From positions 13,206,001 to 13,270,000 of the forward strand of contig OZ024754.1 of NCBI GenBank assembly GCA_964016885.1: a DNA stretch of 64,000 nt, in the 5' to 3' direction. Under the pieces are notes generated by a model, which worked only from the letters and a program-made list of their open reading frames with translations, had not been told where the DNA came from and did no database searches. Shown here in pieces: positions 1 to 18,188 of this stretch (position 1 is its first letter; each line of letters starts with the position of its first letter). Both the position numbers and the translations under genes were made by a program. The stretch comes from Eledone cirrhosa (Eukaryota).

Positions 1-372
1 GTTTTCTTTTTCTTCTTTTTCTTTGTATTGTTTTTCTTATTTTTCTTTGTTTTCTTCTTGTTTTTCTTCTTCTTCTTCTTTGTATTGTTTTTCTTATTTT
101 TCTTTGTTTTCTTCTTGTTTTTCTTCTTCTTCTTCTTCTTTGTATTGTTTTTCTTATTTTTCTTTGTTTTCTTCTTGTTTTTCTTCTTCTTCTTCTTCTT
201 TGTTTTCTTTTTCTTCTTTTTCTGCGTTTTCTTTTTCTTCTTTTTCTTTGTATTGTTTTTCTTATTTTTCTTTGTTTTCTTCTTGTTTTTCTTCTTCTTC
301 TTCTTCTTCTTCTTCTTCTTCACCCCCCCCCCTCCTCCTCATCATCATCATCATCACCATCATCATCTTCTT
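1..372. repeat. Pyrimidine-rich low-complexity tandem repeat with (TCT)n/(CAT)n tracts
   Basis: Unit ttgtattgtttttcttatttttctttgttttcttcttgtttttcttcttc repeated about 4 times; overlapping ORFs are low-complexity artefacts. Confidence 0.9.
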
Positions 373-856
373 CTGTACGACAGACTGTTCTATACCAGGG
401 TAGTGGGTATGACGTCATCACACACTATCGTAGTAACAACTCACCCTTCAACCTGCGAAGACTTCTGGTCCTGATTAAAGGTAACAGGTTTTACTACAGT
501 TCTGCAGGTTTTGTTGACTGATGACTGCTCTCTTAATGCAGGCATGCTCTGTGTCTACACCTGGGTCTCCTGCAGGTTGCTTTTACCCGCGATATCTGCC
601 CAGCGATTCCTTCCTGAGACATTCTAACCATATGCCCTTAATATCGGAGCTGTGATCTTTCAATTCGCAAAAGTAGCGGCTCTAGCCGGAGTGACTCCTG
701 ATCTCCGAGTTACGCCCTCTATCGAGTAACCTTACACCCAACGCCCTTTGGAGGATTCCCACTTCGACCAGCTTGTATTCTCGATCGTATTCTTTCGGTC
801 ATTACCGACGATGTAAATGGCAGTAATTTCCAAAGTTAACATAGCTTTCTCTAGAC

Positions 857-1159
857 CCGTGGTTCCCAACGTGGGGCGCACCACGTAGGGGTGAGGGTAC
901 GGGTGGGGCCTATTTGAAAATGAAGTTAATGAGAGCAAACTTCAGATTTTTACCGTATTACTTTTACACCAAGGGAACTTTGGAACGAATTATGCTCGGA
1001 AACTCCTGTCTCACCTTCTCCACACATGTTATTGTGCATCTGGCACAACTCATCCGCTATTTAGTTTACACTTTTACTCTATTTTTATATCAAATAGGGG
1101 TATAAAAATGTTTGAGATGTTGAGGTGGGGCATGGGGTACAAAAGGTTGGGAACCTCTG
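857..1159. mobile_element. Non-autonomous hAT (Charlie-type) MITE, ~303 bp
   Basis: TIRs ccgtggttcccaac (857-870) and gttgggaacctctg (1146-1159) resemble the CAGTGGTTCCCAA hAT terminus; 8-bp TSD ctctagac (849-856) / ctctaggc (1160-1167). Confidence 0.85.
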
Positions 1160-1522
1160 CTCTAGGCGTATAGAGACATTATTTGGATGGCGGGGAGTAC
1201 CTCATCGGTTTATTTCATTTCTAAGTTGCTTGCTAATGTTCAGATTTTCTCATAGGAATCGTCTTGCGGGAGAACCAGAGGAAGTATTGCAGTGGAGGCT
1301 GAATAACAATGAAACACTTATCAGTTTTTAAACCGTTGCCTTTACCGCAAGTGATGACGTGTATTCCCTGTGGTGTAAATACAAACCTGGACGAAGGAGC
1401 GCCGGTCAGATTTATACATGTTGCTTCTTGGCCACAAACAAAACGCCCTTATACATACACAGACACATATACCACACATATATTTATCTGTGTGTTTGTG
1501 TGTGTATGTATGAGTATATATA

Positions 1523-1571
<49 letters not shown>

Positions 1572-1631
1572 GTGTATGTATATATATATATATATATATA
1601 TGTGGGTGTATATATATATATATATATATGG

Positions 1632-1670
<39 letters not shown>

Positions 1671-1723
1671 AGTGGAAGCTTAGTAAAATCGAAGCTTTGG
1701 CTGCGGCCAATCATAGGTCATGT

Positions 1724-1822
<99 letters not shown>

Positions 1823-2221
1823 CAGAAAGTGAAAATATATGTGTGTGTGTATGTGTATAGCAGTGTTCCCTAGTGTTTATCATCACAGCATAAATCAATT
1901 AGACATTACGACTGCTCTCTAAGTTTGAGATCGATAAAACACACCAACTTTTGTACTTTAAGCGCAGCCTTCGGAGACGTCTTGAGAAAGAGGAATTAAG
2001 AACTGAGTAAAGATCTTTCTAGTATATTTAATAAGTATCAGTTTTGTTGACCATATGTGCTGTTTAACGGAAATAATTCATCAGAGGCACAAATTATCGA
2101 GTAGTTATTATACTTGCTACTCTCTTTATATTTGTGATGCCAATGTTAATTGTATTGCTGATAGTGAAATTATCGGATAGTTCTGCAGAAACTTCTATCG
2201 ATCTATCTATCTATCTATCTA

Positions 2222-2565
2222 TATGAAGAAGGATAAGAATGGAGAGAGAGATGCTTGGCCACAGGCAGTTTTATGAAAGGTGGGTGATAGTGGCGAGAAT
2301 GGCTCGTGTAAATGGGCCTTCTCTGTAAACCATCCTGTAGGTAAAGAAGTGAAGGAGAGGGGAGCACCTTCTCCATGTGCTCCCCGGGCAAAGGATTGCA
2401 CACTTTTTCGGGGGTTCGGGGGTATGTGCAACCCCCATCACGTCCCCTCCCTTTTGAGGTTGTTTTCGATTATTTTCATTTTATACCCTTTTTACTCGAT
2501 TGTATGTAAACTCCCCCTTTGTATTTGTCCCTTCTTTTTATGCCTTTATGGTAAATAAAGAAATA
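2222..2565 (+). mobile_element. 3' end (ORF2 C-terminus + 3'UTR) of an L1/Tx1-like LINE
   Basis: Aligns by eye to 4490-4823 (tggagagagag..ttttatgaaaggtgggtg..cctgtagg..tgtatgtaaactc..ttgtatttgtccc..aataaagaaat); flanked by (TCTA)n on both sides. Confidence 0.8.
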
Positions 2566-2652
<87 letters not shown>

Positions 2653-2718
2653 TTATCTATCGATCTATCTATCTATCTATCCAACTAACTATCTATCTAT
2701 CTATCTATATATCTATCT

Positions 2719-4822
2719 AGTCAGGAAGGACGAGAACAAGGGGGATGACATAGGCAACTTCCGGCCCATAACTCTGCTCAAAACAGAGTTACAGATTTTG
2801 GCCAAGGTGTTGGCAAAGAGACTGGCACTTGTCGTCGAAAACCTGGTGGGAGAAGCGCAGACATGCGCAATCCCGACCAGGTTCATACACGACAGCCTCC
2901 ACCTCACGCAATACATCATAGAGAGGGTAGGGTGTACACCCGGCTTCGGTGGGGCCCTGATCAATTTGGATCAGTCTAAGGCTTTCGATAGGGTTGAGCA
3001 TCGTTACCTGGATGCAGTGCTCGAGGCGGCAGGCTTCGGACCCGTGTTCAGGAGCTGGATTGCTGCAATGCGCAGCAGTAACATCTGCTCAAGGGTCAAG
3101 GTGAACGGCTACCTCTCGGAGCCGTTCCATATCACGCGATCCATCCGACAGGGATGCCCTCTCTCCTCCCTTCTGTACGTACTGACTCTCGAGCCAGTAC
3201 TGCGGAAGTTGGAGCTATTGCAGGGCATCTCTTTGGAACCGGGACTGCGAAAAGCGGCGTCGGCCTACGCCGACGACGTCACGGTAATGGTGTCGAGCAC
3301 CTCGCAAATCGGGGAGATCGGCACCTTACTGGAGGAATACGAAAGGTTCACAGGAACGAAGCTGAACCGAGACAAATCCGTCGGTTTGCAACTCGGAACG
3401 TGGAAAGGCAAACTGATGCCTTCCGATGGCGCCGTCGGACGCTGGACGGAAGGACCGGTAAAGCTGCTTGGGGTCTGGCTTGGTCCGGACCTCCAGGTGG
3501 AGAAAAACTGGAAAGGTGACGGCCAAGGTGTTTGCGCTCATCCAGAAGTGGGCCGAGTGCAAACTATCCTTGAAAGGTCGAGCGGAGGTGGCGAACACTT
3601 TTATAGCGTCCGTCATCTACTACCGCTTGACCGTCGTGCCTTGTCCAGCCAGAACGCTCACCAAAATGGAGCGCGCGCTCTTTCAATTCCTTTGGAAGAA
3701 ACGGGCTCCTTTGGTGAGAAGATCCATCTGCTGCCAACAGCCTTCAAACGGAGGGCTGGGGATGTCGTGGCTGACGATGCGCAAACACGCGCTCAGGCTG
3801 CGGCACCTCCACGTATTCCTCACCGGACAACCAGTGTGGGCCCCGTTCGTGAGGCGAGCCCTCCCATGACTCGTCTCGCTGACCGAGCTGCAGTCCTGGG
3901 TCAAGCAAAGACCGAGGAAAATGGGCGACTGGCACATCGAATGTGCGCAGGCGCTCACAGTCCTCTGGCAAACGGACCCGGCGATCAGTGGAGACTCCAC
4001 TTCGACATTCTATAGAGGGTTGGTCCGCAGCAAGTGCGACGACACGCTCGGAGAAACTCTGGGCGTAGAGGAGGACGAACTGGCGAGTCTGTTCGGTTGG
4101 ACCTTTCGCCCGGGACCAATGGACAACTTCCAAAAGTCCCTGGCCTGACAGTGCTACCGAGGAGCTCTACCAGTTCGAGACAAGCTCTACAGATGCGTGC
4201 GCGACGAGGAAACCGTCGCCCACGCATTCGTACACTGCCCGGGCGTTACCGACCTGTGGGGCTATGAAGAACGACTATTGTCGCGGGTGGGACCAATCCG
4301 GTTGACCACCGAGTCCATTGTCATGATCAAACCGCCACCCTCCTTCAAAAACGAGGGAGAGGCGGTTTTCCTATGTGTTATGGCTATGGTGAAAGAGGTT
4401 ATATGGTGGATGAGGTTAAAAGGGCTGAGGTCAGACACCTTTCTCTCCGGCGAGCAGCTGATTCGTTTTTTCAAATATCATTTTGGAAGAAGAATCAGGA
4501 TGGAGAGAGAGGTGCTGTACCCCAGCAAATTTTATAAAAGGTGGGTGAATGTGGCAAAGATAGCCCGAGTGATTGGGCCTTTTCTATATATAAGCCTGTA
4601 GGTTGAGGAAAAAGAGGAAGAGAGGGAGGGAGTACTCACTCTTGGTGCTCCTGGAGATGAGGGTTGTACATTTTTTCGGGGTGTGTACAACCCCTGTGTA
4701 ACACCTCCCCCATTGGGGATTTCAATTGTTATTGTATTATAGTTTTATTTTCATATACCTGTATGTAAACTCTCCATTTGTATTTGTCCCCTTCTGTTGT
4801 GCCCTTGTGGCTAATAAAGAAA

Positions 4823-4823
<1 letters not shown>
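2719..4823 (+). mobile_element. 5'-truncated L1-superfamily (Tx1-like) LINE with disrupted ORF2
   Basis: RT motifs NFRPITLL, LDQSKAFDRV, IRQGCPLS, YADD, LLGVWLG; frameshift near 3515; stops near 3867 and 4146; C-terminal EETVAHAFVHC zinc-knuckle remnant; stop at 4601; AATAAA then (TC)n. Confidence 0.9.
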
Positions 4824-4864
<41 letters not shown>

Positions 4865-4913
4865 AATATATATATATACATATCTATCCATCAACTATTA
4901 ATCTCTCTACCCC

Positions 4914-5019
<106 letters not shown>

Positions 5020-5098
5020 TATTAATCTCTCTGCGCCCCCTCCTCTCTGCCTCTCCCTCTCCTCCTCTCTCCCTCTCCCTCTCTCTCTCTCTCTCTCC

Positions 5099-5175
<77 letters not shown>

Positions 5176-5261
5176 GAAAAATTGAACAGGGACAGAACAG
5201 AGAGGCAGTACGATAAATGTTTATTAAATTCACGCTCAGGAGAGTGGGGGGTAGGTGGGGG

Positions 5262-5295
5262 ACGACGTTTCGGGCATAAGCCCTTCTTCAGGTGA
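5262..5295 (-). ncRNA. Minimal hammerhead ribozyme motif in a PLE-type 3' end (element ~5172-5480)
   Basis: Minus strand reads CTGAAGA a gggc ttat gccc GAAA cg TC; stem I is weak; the element abuts a (TA)n tract at 5171. Confidence 0.65.
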
Positions 5296-5474
5296 GAGTT
5301 CAAAAGGTGTGTAGGGGAGTGGCGGAGAGACATATAGCGAAAGGAAACGGTGCGAATGAAAAATTAACAAATAAAGACAAAAATATAATAAATAATAAAT
5401 AAAAATAAAGCATGATCAAAATACAAGGAATGAGAAAATTTAAAAATAAAGGCATGATCAAAATAAACTGAAAT

Positions 5475-5510
<36 letters not shown>

Positions 5511-6422
5511 AGAACGAGGAACCAATAATGCATCAAACCACAATTTATTAACATATTACATATGTTTCTCTATCGATCAGCTCGAGGCAGGATCTGTTAC
5601 AGATCGAACCCCACTCTACATATATATATATATATATAGTTATATATAGTATTTTCCGTAGTGTTGTAATATGAATATTACACACAGTAGATGGACAGCT
5701 CACGTAGAGTTTGCTCGACGGTTCCAGTTGTAGTTTCAAAAGTAATCCGGAGAAAATAGAAGGATTTAAATGGATACAGTTCAGTTAAAAAGAATTTATT
5801 GACACGTGTTTCAATAACAGTTACATAACCTGAAAACAGCTGCTATCTACAAAGTATTAATTATGCAGACATTCAATATTTCAATGTTATTATCAATATA
5901 TATATCAAGCAATTTCTCTACCCATATATCTATCTATCTCTCTGTCCATCTATTTGCCTACCTTTGCCAGAATTCATCTTTCTACATGTCAGTTTGGATC
6001 CAGCAACATGACATATTGAGAACGGTTGGAAATAAGACTGGTTGCAGAATTTGCAGAAAACTCGACAGAGTTTGAGGAAAAACCCTCTGCACGGTTTCTC
6101 TGCAATCTTTCAGTCAGGGTAAATTTTCTGAGCTTTATTTTATCCCTAACATTCAAATAGTTGTGAACACATTTTCGAGTATTTGCATAACTAAATGTAT
6201 AATCACGATAATTTGTATTGCCGTACAGTCGGTCTTCAACTCCAATACTTTTGTCTGTAGGTGATCGAATGTTAGATAGCTGCTGGTCAAGTAATGAATT
6301 CATCTGTCCTCTTGGCTGGTCATATTATTTTATAATTTTTATTCTGTGGCGTTTCCAAGCAGCCGTCCTGACTAGACTAGCCAGGTGAACGTGCCAATCT
6401 AGGAGTAGATAACCATATATAT

Positions 6423-6472
<50 letters not shown>

Positions 6473-6507
6473 GTATGTATGTATGTATATTCAAATTCTC
6501 TACTACA

Positions 6508-6570
<63 letters not shown>

Positions 6571-6574
<4 letters not shown>

Positions 6575-7680
6575 TACACAATAATCAAAACTATGTTCAA
6601 AACATTTTAGTGCTGACAATTGTTTCTTCCAAACTTTCGTTTGGGTTCATCGCAGCACTAACAAAGTTTGGACATATAATTAACTTCCTATTCAACTGAA
6701 CAATCATATAGATACATGGATATTAATGTTGTCATCAACAGTTTCATATTTACAGAGTGGAATGGATGTGACAGAGATTACAATAGAATTGTATAATAAT
6801 TAAAGAGGCATTAAGGCAGAAAGTTACTCGTACAACGAGGACACTAGCAGTACATATGCAAGCGTATAGAGAGTGCAAATGCATTAGGCATATACAGGTG
6901 AGATATGTAGGAAACAAGCAATGGTACTAGTTGTACAACTCGAACCCTGGATAACAGTATAATAGGACCAATATACAATCCATAGCTGTAACTAATTAAA
7001 AACATTCACTTAAATAAAATATAACCAATGTAATGGAAAAGAAAACAATAGTATTAACACTCTCAACACATACGCATTTGAACATTACAGAAACAATTAT
7101 CACACTACATCCACCATAAACTCATAATTTTAATACACAAACACCTTTGTCTGCTTGATATGCTTGTAAACCTGTGTTATTTTATGTGATACCTTTGCCA
7201 TACAATAATTATATATGCCTAGTACCATTGCTTGTTTCCTACCTAGCTGTACTGTATATGCCTAACGCATTTGCGCTCTCTATACGCTTGCATATGTACT
7301 GCTAGTGTCGTCGTTTTACGAGTAACTTTCTACCTTAATGCTTCTTTAATTATTATACAATTCTATTGTAATCTCTGTCACATCCATTCCACTCTGTAAA
7401 TATGAAACTGTTGATGACAACATTAATATCCAGGTATCTATATGATTGTTCAGTTGAATAGGAAGTTAATTATATGTCCAAACTTTTCTAGTGCTCCGAT
7501 GATTCCAAAACAAATTTTAAAGAAACGATTGTCAGCAATAAAATGTTTTGAACATAGTTTTGATTATTGTGTAATTTAAATTCCTGCTCTGTAAAACATC
7601 TGATGTATTTACATTGAGCTATTTTTCTTACTGGTAATAAGGTAGAATTACTGACCTTTCATGTTTATAGTTGTATATAG
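6571..7680 (+). mobile_element. Large fold-back element (probable PLE remnant): ~350-bp inverted arms plus ~100-bp tail
   Basis: 6571-~6930 is the reverse complement of ~7215-7578 (aaattacacaataatcaaaactatgttc / gaacatagttttgattattgtgtaattt); starts at a (TA)n tract. Confidence 0.7.
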
Positions 7681-7711
7681 TGTATATATAACTATAAATA
7701 ATAATATTATT

Positions 7712-7850
7712 TACGGCCCTTGCCATTCTGAGTTCAATTCCCGCCAAGGTTAACTTTGCCTTTCATCCTTACGGGGTCGATAAAATAAAGTACCAGTAAT
7801 GCACTGGGTTATTGCTGGCCTTGTGCCAAAAGTAGAAACAATTATTATTA
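7712..7850 (+). mobile_element. tRNA-type SINE with Nin-like core, partial
   Basis: gagttcaattcccgcc B-box-like motif; gcctttcatccttacggggtcgataaaataaagtaccag core; (ATT)n tail. Confidence 0.8.
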
Positions 7851-8394
7851 TTATATATATATATAACGCAGTACGTTAAAACTATCCTCGACACAGAGTA
7901 CTCATAACCTCTAACTGGATTACCTTAAATGATACCTTGTTATCCTATATATATATATATATGTGTGTGTGTATGTGCACATATGTATAGATATATTAAC
8001 TTATTTAATTATGCATTCCCAATAAAATATATAGAATGTGATGAAGCATGCTTCCGTATACACTCTCTTTTCTATTAGTCAAATTCCCTCAATTTATCAA
8101 ATCTCTGTATATTTTGAAGCCAAATAGCCACTAAAATACACAAATAAAATAAATACAATGTAAACAACTTATTCTCGAAATAAACTGGAAAACATCAATG
8201 AATTGGTTTGTGATAAATAGACTTCTAAAACAGACTTCATTTTTGTTTATTTTCAGACAGAAGTAACTTCGTCGATATAAACACAACATCGTTACAATTT
8301 CAGTTATAGGTTATCGATGTATCTTTTAAATTGAATTTTTACATCATTTTCTGCGCTCTAACTCTCAATCCATCCACCTCACTTACACACACAG

Positions 8395-9270
<876 letters not shown>

Positions 9271-9294
9271 ATATATATATATATATATATGAAA

Positions 9295-9700
9295 AATGGC
9301 GTGCTGCGTGGTTGCACATGGGTTACATTCTGAGTTCTAATACCACTATGGTCAACTTTGCCTTTCATTCTTCCGGGCTCGATAAAATAAAGTACCAGCC
9401 AAGTACTGGGGTTGATATCATCAATTTTACCCTCTACCAGCGTTATTGGCCTTGTCCTTACATTAGAAACCAATTACATGTCTACCGGTGAATCGGGAGA
9501 ATCGTTAGAGCGTTGGACAAAATGATTTGCGGTACTTGTTTGATTCATTACGTTCTAATTTCGAATTCCACCGTCGCTAATGTCTTTTATCCTTCCGGGG
9601 TTCGATAAAATAAAGTGCTTGTCTAGTACTGGGGTCGATATAATCGACTCCTCTCTCCCCACCAAATTACTGGCCTTGTGTCTAAACTAGAAACCATTAT
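9295..9700 (+). mobile_element. Two tandem SINE copies
   Basis: Two consecutive gcctttcatc..tcgataaaataaagt..ggccttgtg..tagaaacc units. Confidence 0.75.
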
Positions 9701-10028
9701 ATGTCTGGCATTATACATCGATTTCCAGTGTTGTCTTCAGACTACTTCATTCCATTGTAGCCGATTAAAACATTTAAGAAGCGTATTGAATAACTGAAAT
9801 ATATTTTCGTGAAGTTTCGTTATTTGGGAATCTCATTGGCTTTCAAATATTCATGAATTCATCAATGTTACAGCTTTCTCTATTTTTCTGCTTTCATTCT
9901 CAACTTTCAGTTCACTTACACAGCAAACTTTGCAAGTCATTGCATTTTACACACCATTTCCAATGTAAGAAACGATGCCTGAATCTTCATCTGCAGACAT
10001 ATATACATCTCCCCCCTCTCTCTGTCTG

Positions 10029-10132
<104 letters not shown>

Positions 10133-10137
10133 TATAG

Positions 10138-10304
10138 AAGTTTACCCTTGGTTCAATCGGGGGTAACCACAGTAAGTAAGGTACTCAATACATAGCAGAG
10201 TATAAATAAATATTTAATATAGAATTGGCTTCTACAGGACTAGAACTGTTTCATTCCGGAGAAATCATCAGGAAGCCTGAATGAAACAGTTCAATGAAGC
10301 CATT

Positions 10305-10312
<8 letters not shown>
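10138..10312 (-). mobile_element. Family B PLE-type 3' end with partial fold-back (other copies ~30590-30710, 36838-36931, 47795-47926, 60704-60886)
   Basis: Shared ggttcaatcgggggtaaccacagtaagtaaggtactcaatacatag terminus; flanked by microsatellites. Confidence 0.75.
10227..10277 (-). ncRNA. Complete type I hammerhead ribozyme
   Basis: Minus strand: ggcttc CTGATGA t ttc tccg gaa t GAAA cag ttctagtc ctg TA gaagcc; 6-bp stem I, stems II and III, GUA cleavage triplet. Confidence 0.8.
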
Positions 10313-10385
<73 letters not shown>

Positions 10386-10387
<2 letters not shown>

Positions 10388-10790
10388 ATATATTAATAAA
10401 TGGAAACTATATTTATAAAACCATAATTATTTTATTATATATATTTCAAGGGCAACCAAGGCAAATTATGGTGCGCTTTCATCAGATAGAATACAGATTT
10501 GTTTCATGAATAAATATTGACATACGCGGAAAAAAGACAACCTTAACGGTTGAAGTTCGCTGGGTATGTCAATATTTATTTATAAAACAAATGTGTATTT
10601 TATCTGATGAAAGCGCACCATAATTTGCCTTGGTTGCCCTTGAAATATATATAATAAAATAATTATGGTTTTAAAAATATAGTTTCCATTTATTAATATA
10701 TTGAATATTTACTCCACTAATCTGCTGAGTGCTTTATATCAGTTATAAAATATTTAAGCTTGTTGAATTCAAACAAATTAAATATAACCT

Positions 10791-10795
<5 letters not shown>
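10386..10795 (+). mobile_element. Family C fold-back element (other copies 10841-11146, 39154-39311, 39368-39748, 49235-49334)
   Basis: Inverted arms atattaataaatggaaactat.. / ..atagtttccatttattaatat, an imperfect central hairpin and a one-sided ~90-nt tail; (TA)n on both sides. Confidence 0.75.
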
Positions 10796-10840
<45 letters not shown>

Positions 10841-10844
<4 letters not shown>

Positions 10845-11146
10845 AAAGTTTTATTTAAGATTGTTGGGTTACAACGAGTAAATATTTAATAACTGATATA
10901 AAAGCACTCAACAGTTTCTGGAGTAGGTTTACGATATTAAACAAATGGAAACTATATTTATAAAACCATATTTATTTCGTTATATATATTTCTGGGATAT
11001 CATATTAAAAATATGGTATGCCTTCCTCAGACAAAATACAATACATAAGCTGTTTTATAAATAATTTTTAATATGATATCCCAGAAATATATATAACGAA
11101 ATAAATATGGTTTTATAAATATAGTTTCCATTTGTTTAATATCGTA
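10841..11146 (-). mobile_element. Family C fold-back element
   Basis: Tail 10841-10928, then inverted arms tacgatattaaacaaatggaaac.. / ..gtttccatttgtttaatatcgta. Confidence 0.75.
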
Positions 11147-11183
11147 TATATATATATGTATATATATATATATACATACATAC

Positions 11184-11283
<100 letters not shown>

Positions 11284-11411
11284 CTTTCGTACTATATATA
11301 TATATATGTTCATCAATCTATCAATGTGGGTTAACTCCACCATCCGTCGAAATTCTGTATTCAACAAATTTTAATTAAATTATGTAATGTTTGTAATAAA
11401 AACAATTAAAT

Positions 11412-11615
11412 AATTGTTACTAGTTTAGGCACAAGGCCAGCAAATACCCAGTGCATTACTGGTACTTTCTTTTATCGACCGCCTTAAGGATGAAAGGCAA
11501 AGTCAACCTCAGTAAGGAGAACAAGGAGGGGATCGCAAACTCAGTACTGGGGGCGCTTTAACACCGACCCCCCCCCCCCCCTCTAACATTGCAGGCCTTG
11601 TATCTATGTTAGAAA
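11412..11615. mobile_element. SINE fragments
   Basis: ggcacaaggccagc..ctggtact..tatcgac..aaggatgaaaggcaaagt (minus strand), then a plus-strand 3' fragment. Confidence 0.65.
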
Positions 11616-12530
11616 GCAGTATCAGTATCATAAAGAAAACAACAACATTATAGCTATTAACGATACCACAAACATAACACTATAGCTATTAACAGTGCCA
11701 CGAAAACAACAAGATTAGATTATCGCTATTTGCATTACCAGAAAAACAACAACAAAAAAAAACAACACTAAAGCTATTAAGAGTACCACAAAGAGAAAAA
11801 CGACTATCCCCGCCGCCATGACCCCACATACAGCGATACGATTTCCAATCAAAAACATGAAGAACATTAAACCAATACCAACATAGCAAGAAAAAGTCCG
11901 CCATCTTTAACATAGTCAAATTCAACATCTCAGTCCAAACGTAACAGATGCTATTTCTTTATAATTATTCAAGCTGTATAATCCAGCCCAACATGCAGTG
12001 TTTGGAACTAATGATGCTATTGAAGTGGTTGCTGTGTTTTTTTGTGTATTTCAATATTTCTAGAATGGATGAAAGAGATACTGTTCTTAAGATGGTGATG
12101 ATGTCGAGTTTTCGATTGTTATGGACGTGTCTGTTTGTTTGTCAATGAATGTGGATGTAATGGTAGAGGCTGTGAAGCTTGGACGATGCTACAATCACAA
12201 CCATTTTTCTTTTTATGTCAAAACATTCTTACTTTATTTGAAGAGTTGTTTTAAGTCTGTGTTTTGTTTGAAACATGTGACGATGGGAGATTTGCTGTCT
12301 TATGTCCTTTGTTACTCGTACTTTATTGTGGTTTGATGTCACGTGACTGAAGACCGAAGTAGCACACATATAATCTATCATGAATCGAATATAATTTCAG
12401 TACATTAACATTATTGTTTATTTGTATTGAACTCTGTACTGAGCGAGGCGACGAATTGGCAGACTCGTTAAAACTGATAAAATACTTTCTGGTATTCTTG
12501 CTACCATAACAACTATCACAAACACCATTG

Positions 12531-13665
12531 CTATTAACATCACTAACATTACCACAACAACTACTACCAATACTACCACTAACATTACCACAACAACTAC
12601 TACCAATACTACTACTAACATTACCACAACAACTACTACCAATACTACCACTAACATTACCACAACAACTACTACCAATACTACTACTAACATTACCACA
12701 ACAACTACTACCAATACAACCACTAACATTACCACAACAACTACTACCAATACTACCACTAACATTACCACAACAACTACTACCAATACTACCACTAACG
12801 TTACCACAACAACTACTACCAATACTACCACTAACATTACCACAACAACTACTACCAATACTACCACTAACATTACGACAACAACTACTACCAATACTAC
12901 CACTAACATTACCACAACAACTACTACCAATACTACCACTAACGTTACCACAACAACTACTACCAATACTACCACTAACGTTACCACAACAACTACTACC
13001 AATACTACCACTAACATTACCACAACAACTACTACCAATACTACCACTAACATTACCACAACAACTGCTACCAATACTACCACTAACATTACCACAACAA
13101 CTACTACCAATACTACCACTAACATTACCACAACAACTACTACCAATACTACCACTAACATTACCACAACAACTACTACCAATACTACCGCTAACATTAC
13201 CACAAAAACTACTACCAATACTACCACTAACATTACCACAACAACTACTACCAATACTACCACTAACATTACCACAACAACTGCTACCAATACTACCACT
13301 AACATTACCACAACAACTACTACCAATACTACCACTAACATTACCACAACAACTACTACCAATACTACCACTAACATTACCACAACAACTACTACCAATA
13401 CTACCACTAACATTACCACAACAACTACTACCAATACTACCACTAACATTACCACAACAACTACTACCAATACTACCACTAACGTTACCACAACAACTAC
13501 TACCAATACTACCACTAACATTACCACAACAACTACTACCAATACTACCACTAACGTTACCACAACAACTACTACCAATACAACCACTAACATTACCACA
13601 ACAACTACTACCAATACTACCACTAACATTACCACAACAACTACTACCAATACTACCATTAACAT
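12531..13665. repeat. 36-bp minisatellite (ACTAACATTACCACAACAACTACTACCAATACTACC), about 31 copies
   Basis: Direct periodicity; 12-aa repeats in the ORF track. Confidence 0.95.
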
Positions 13666-16100
<2,435 letters not shown>

Positions 16101-16354
16101 CCATGTGTTCAGTATTGTGGAAGTTTAAACAAAATCATATGAATCAATAATCACGACCAAGGAGAGAGAGAGAGGGGGAGTGACAGAGAGAGAGAATGAG
16201 AGAGAGGGGCTGAGAGAGAGAGAGGAGAGGATAACGAGAGAGGGGGTAGAGAGAGAGAGGGGTAGAGAGAGAGAGGAGAGGATAAAGAGAGAGGGGGTAA
16301 AGAGAAGAGAGGGGGCGAAGAGAAAGAGAGAGATAGATAGGTAGATAGAGATAG

Positions 16355-16424
<70 letters not shown>

Positions 16425-16484
16425 CGAGAGAGCGAGTGAAAGAGAGGTAAATAGATAGATAGATAGAGAGATAAAGAGATAGAG

Positions 16485-16575
<91 letters not shown>

Positions 16576-17001
16576 GCGAGAGAGAGAGTAAAGAGACTAT
16601 ATCAGAGTGAGTCATGTGAAAGTATCAAAGCCAGGCTTGTAACATCATGTCAAAGAGTTAGTAAAATTCCTGTCAGAGCAAAAGTTAAATAGATTTACCT
16701 GTCTGTGGCTTTTACTGCAGCAGTCATCTGATTAATGAGCAACTTGTGGCTTCTTTCAGTTGCTTCTTCATAAGACATTTCCAGAAAGTTCCACAATTAC
16801 TTGGGGAAGAATTATCGTTCTGTTTCTCCAGCCCCCCAACCTCATCACTCCATTATACCTCATCAGTTCCATTGCCACGCCACCGTTGCTTCTATGTGTA
16901 AAATGTATGTGTGTGGATGTGTCTGTGACTGTGTATGTGTGCACGTTAGCATGTATGTGCGTGTACACACACACACACACGCACACACATACAAACACAC
17001 C

Positions 17002-17071
<70 letters not shown>

Positions 17072-17078
17072 TATATAA

Positions 17079-17568
<490 letters not shown>

Positions 17569-17570
17569 CT

Positions 17571-17645
<75 letters not shown>

Positions 17646-17977
17646 ATACAATAACAGTGATAGTTTAAAGCTAAACTCTGACTGGTAACCATCTCACTCA
17701 ACAAACATTAGGTTATATTTTAATATAATCCCAATTTAAGTGTTTGGAGTGCTAACAATATGTATTATGTGGAAAAACCAGATGTATTATTTTATGAGAT
17801 ATAATTAAAGTTAAGATATATTATATATATATTTATAGCAAAGAAAGTGTGGTAAGAAACTAGATGGGCTACAATGCACCAGAGTACTCGATACTTAGGG
17901 TAGTAGAGTGAGTAATAGGAAAAGAGTCAGGACCCCGACGGCTGAGCTTCGGCCATTTAAACAGCTAGAGTTCCGGT

Positions 17978-18105
17978 TATACGACATTCCTTTCTCTTTC
18001 TTAGTCTGTCTTTTAGATATATACATAACTATAACGTCGCGCCCTTATAATATGTCTCTGTATGTCTGGCTGTCTGCATTATGAAAATACATTGACTTCG
18101 CTATC

Positions 18106-18137
<32 letters not shown>

Positions 18138-18143
18138 GTGTGT

Positions 18144-18188
<45 letters not shown>

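Noticed and set aside
5989-6303. 104-aa minus-strand ORF
   Set aside because: No recognisable motif; cannot be supported as a gene.
16620-16900. Possible very old LINE RT fragment on the minus strand
   Set aside because: Only faint motif resemblance; too degraded to call.
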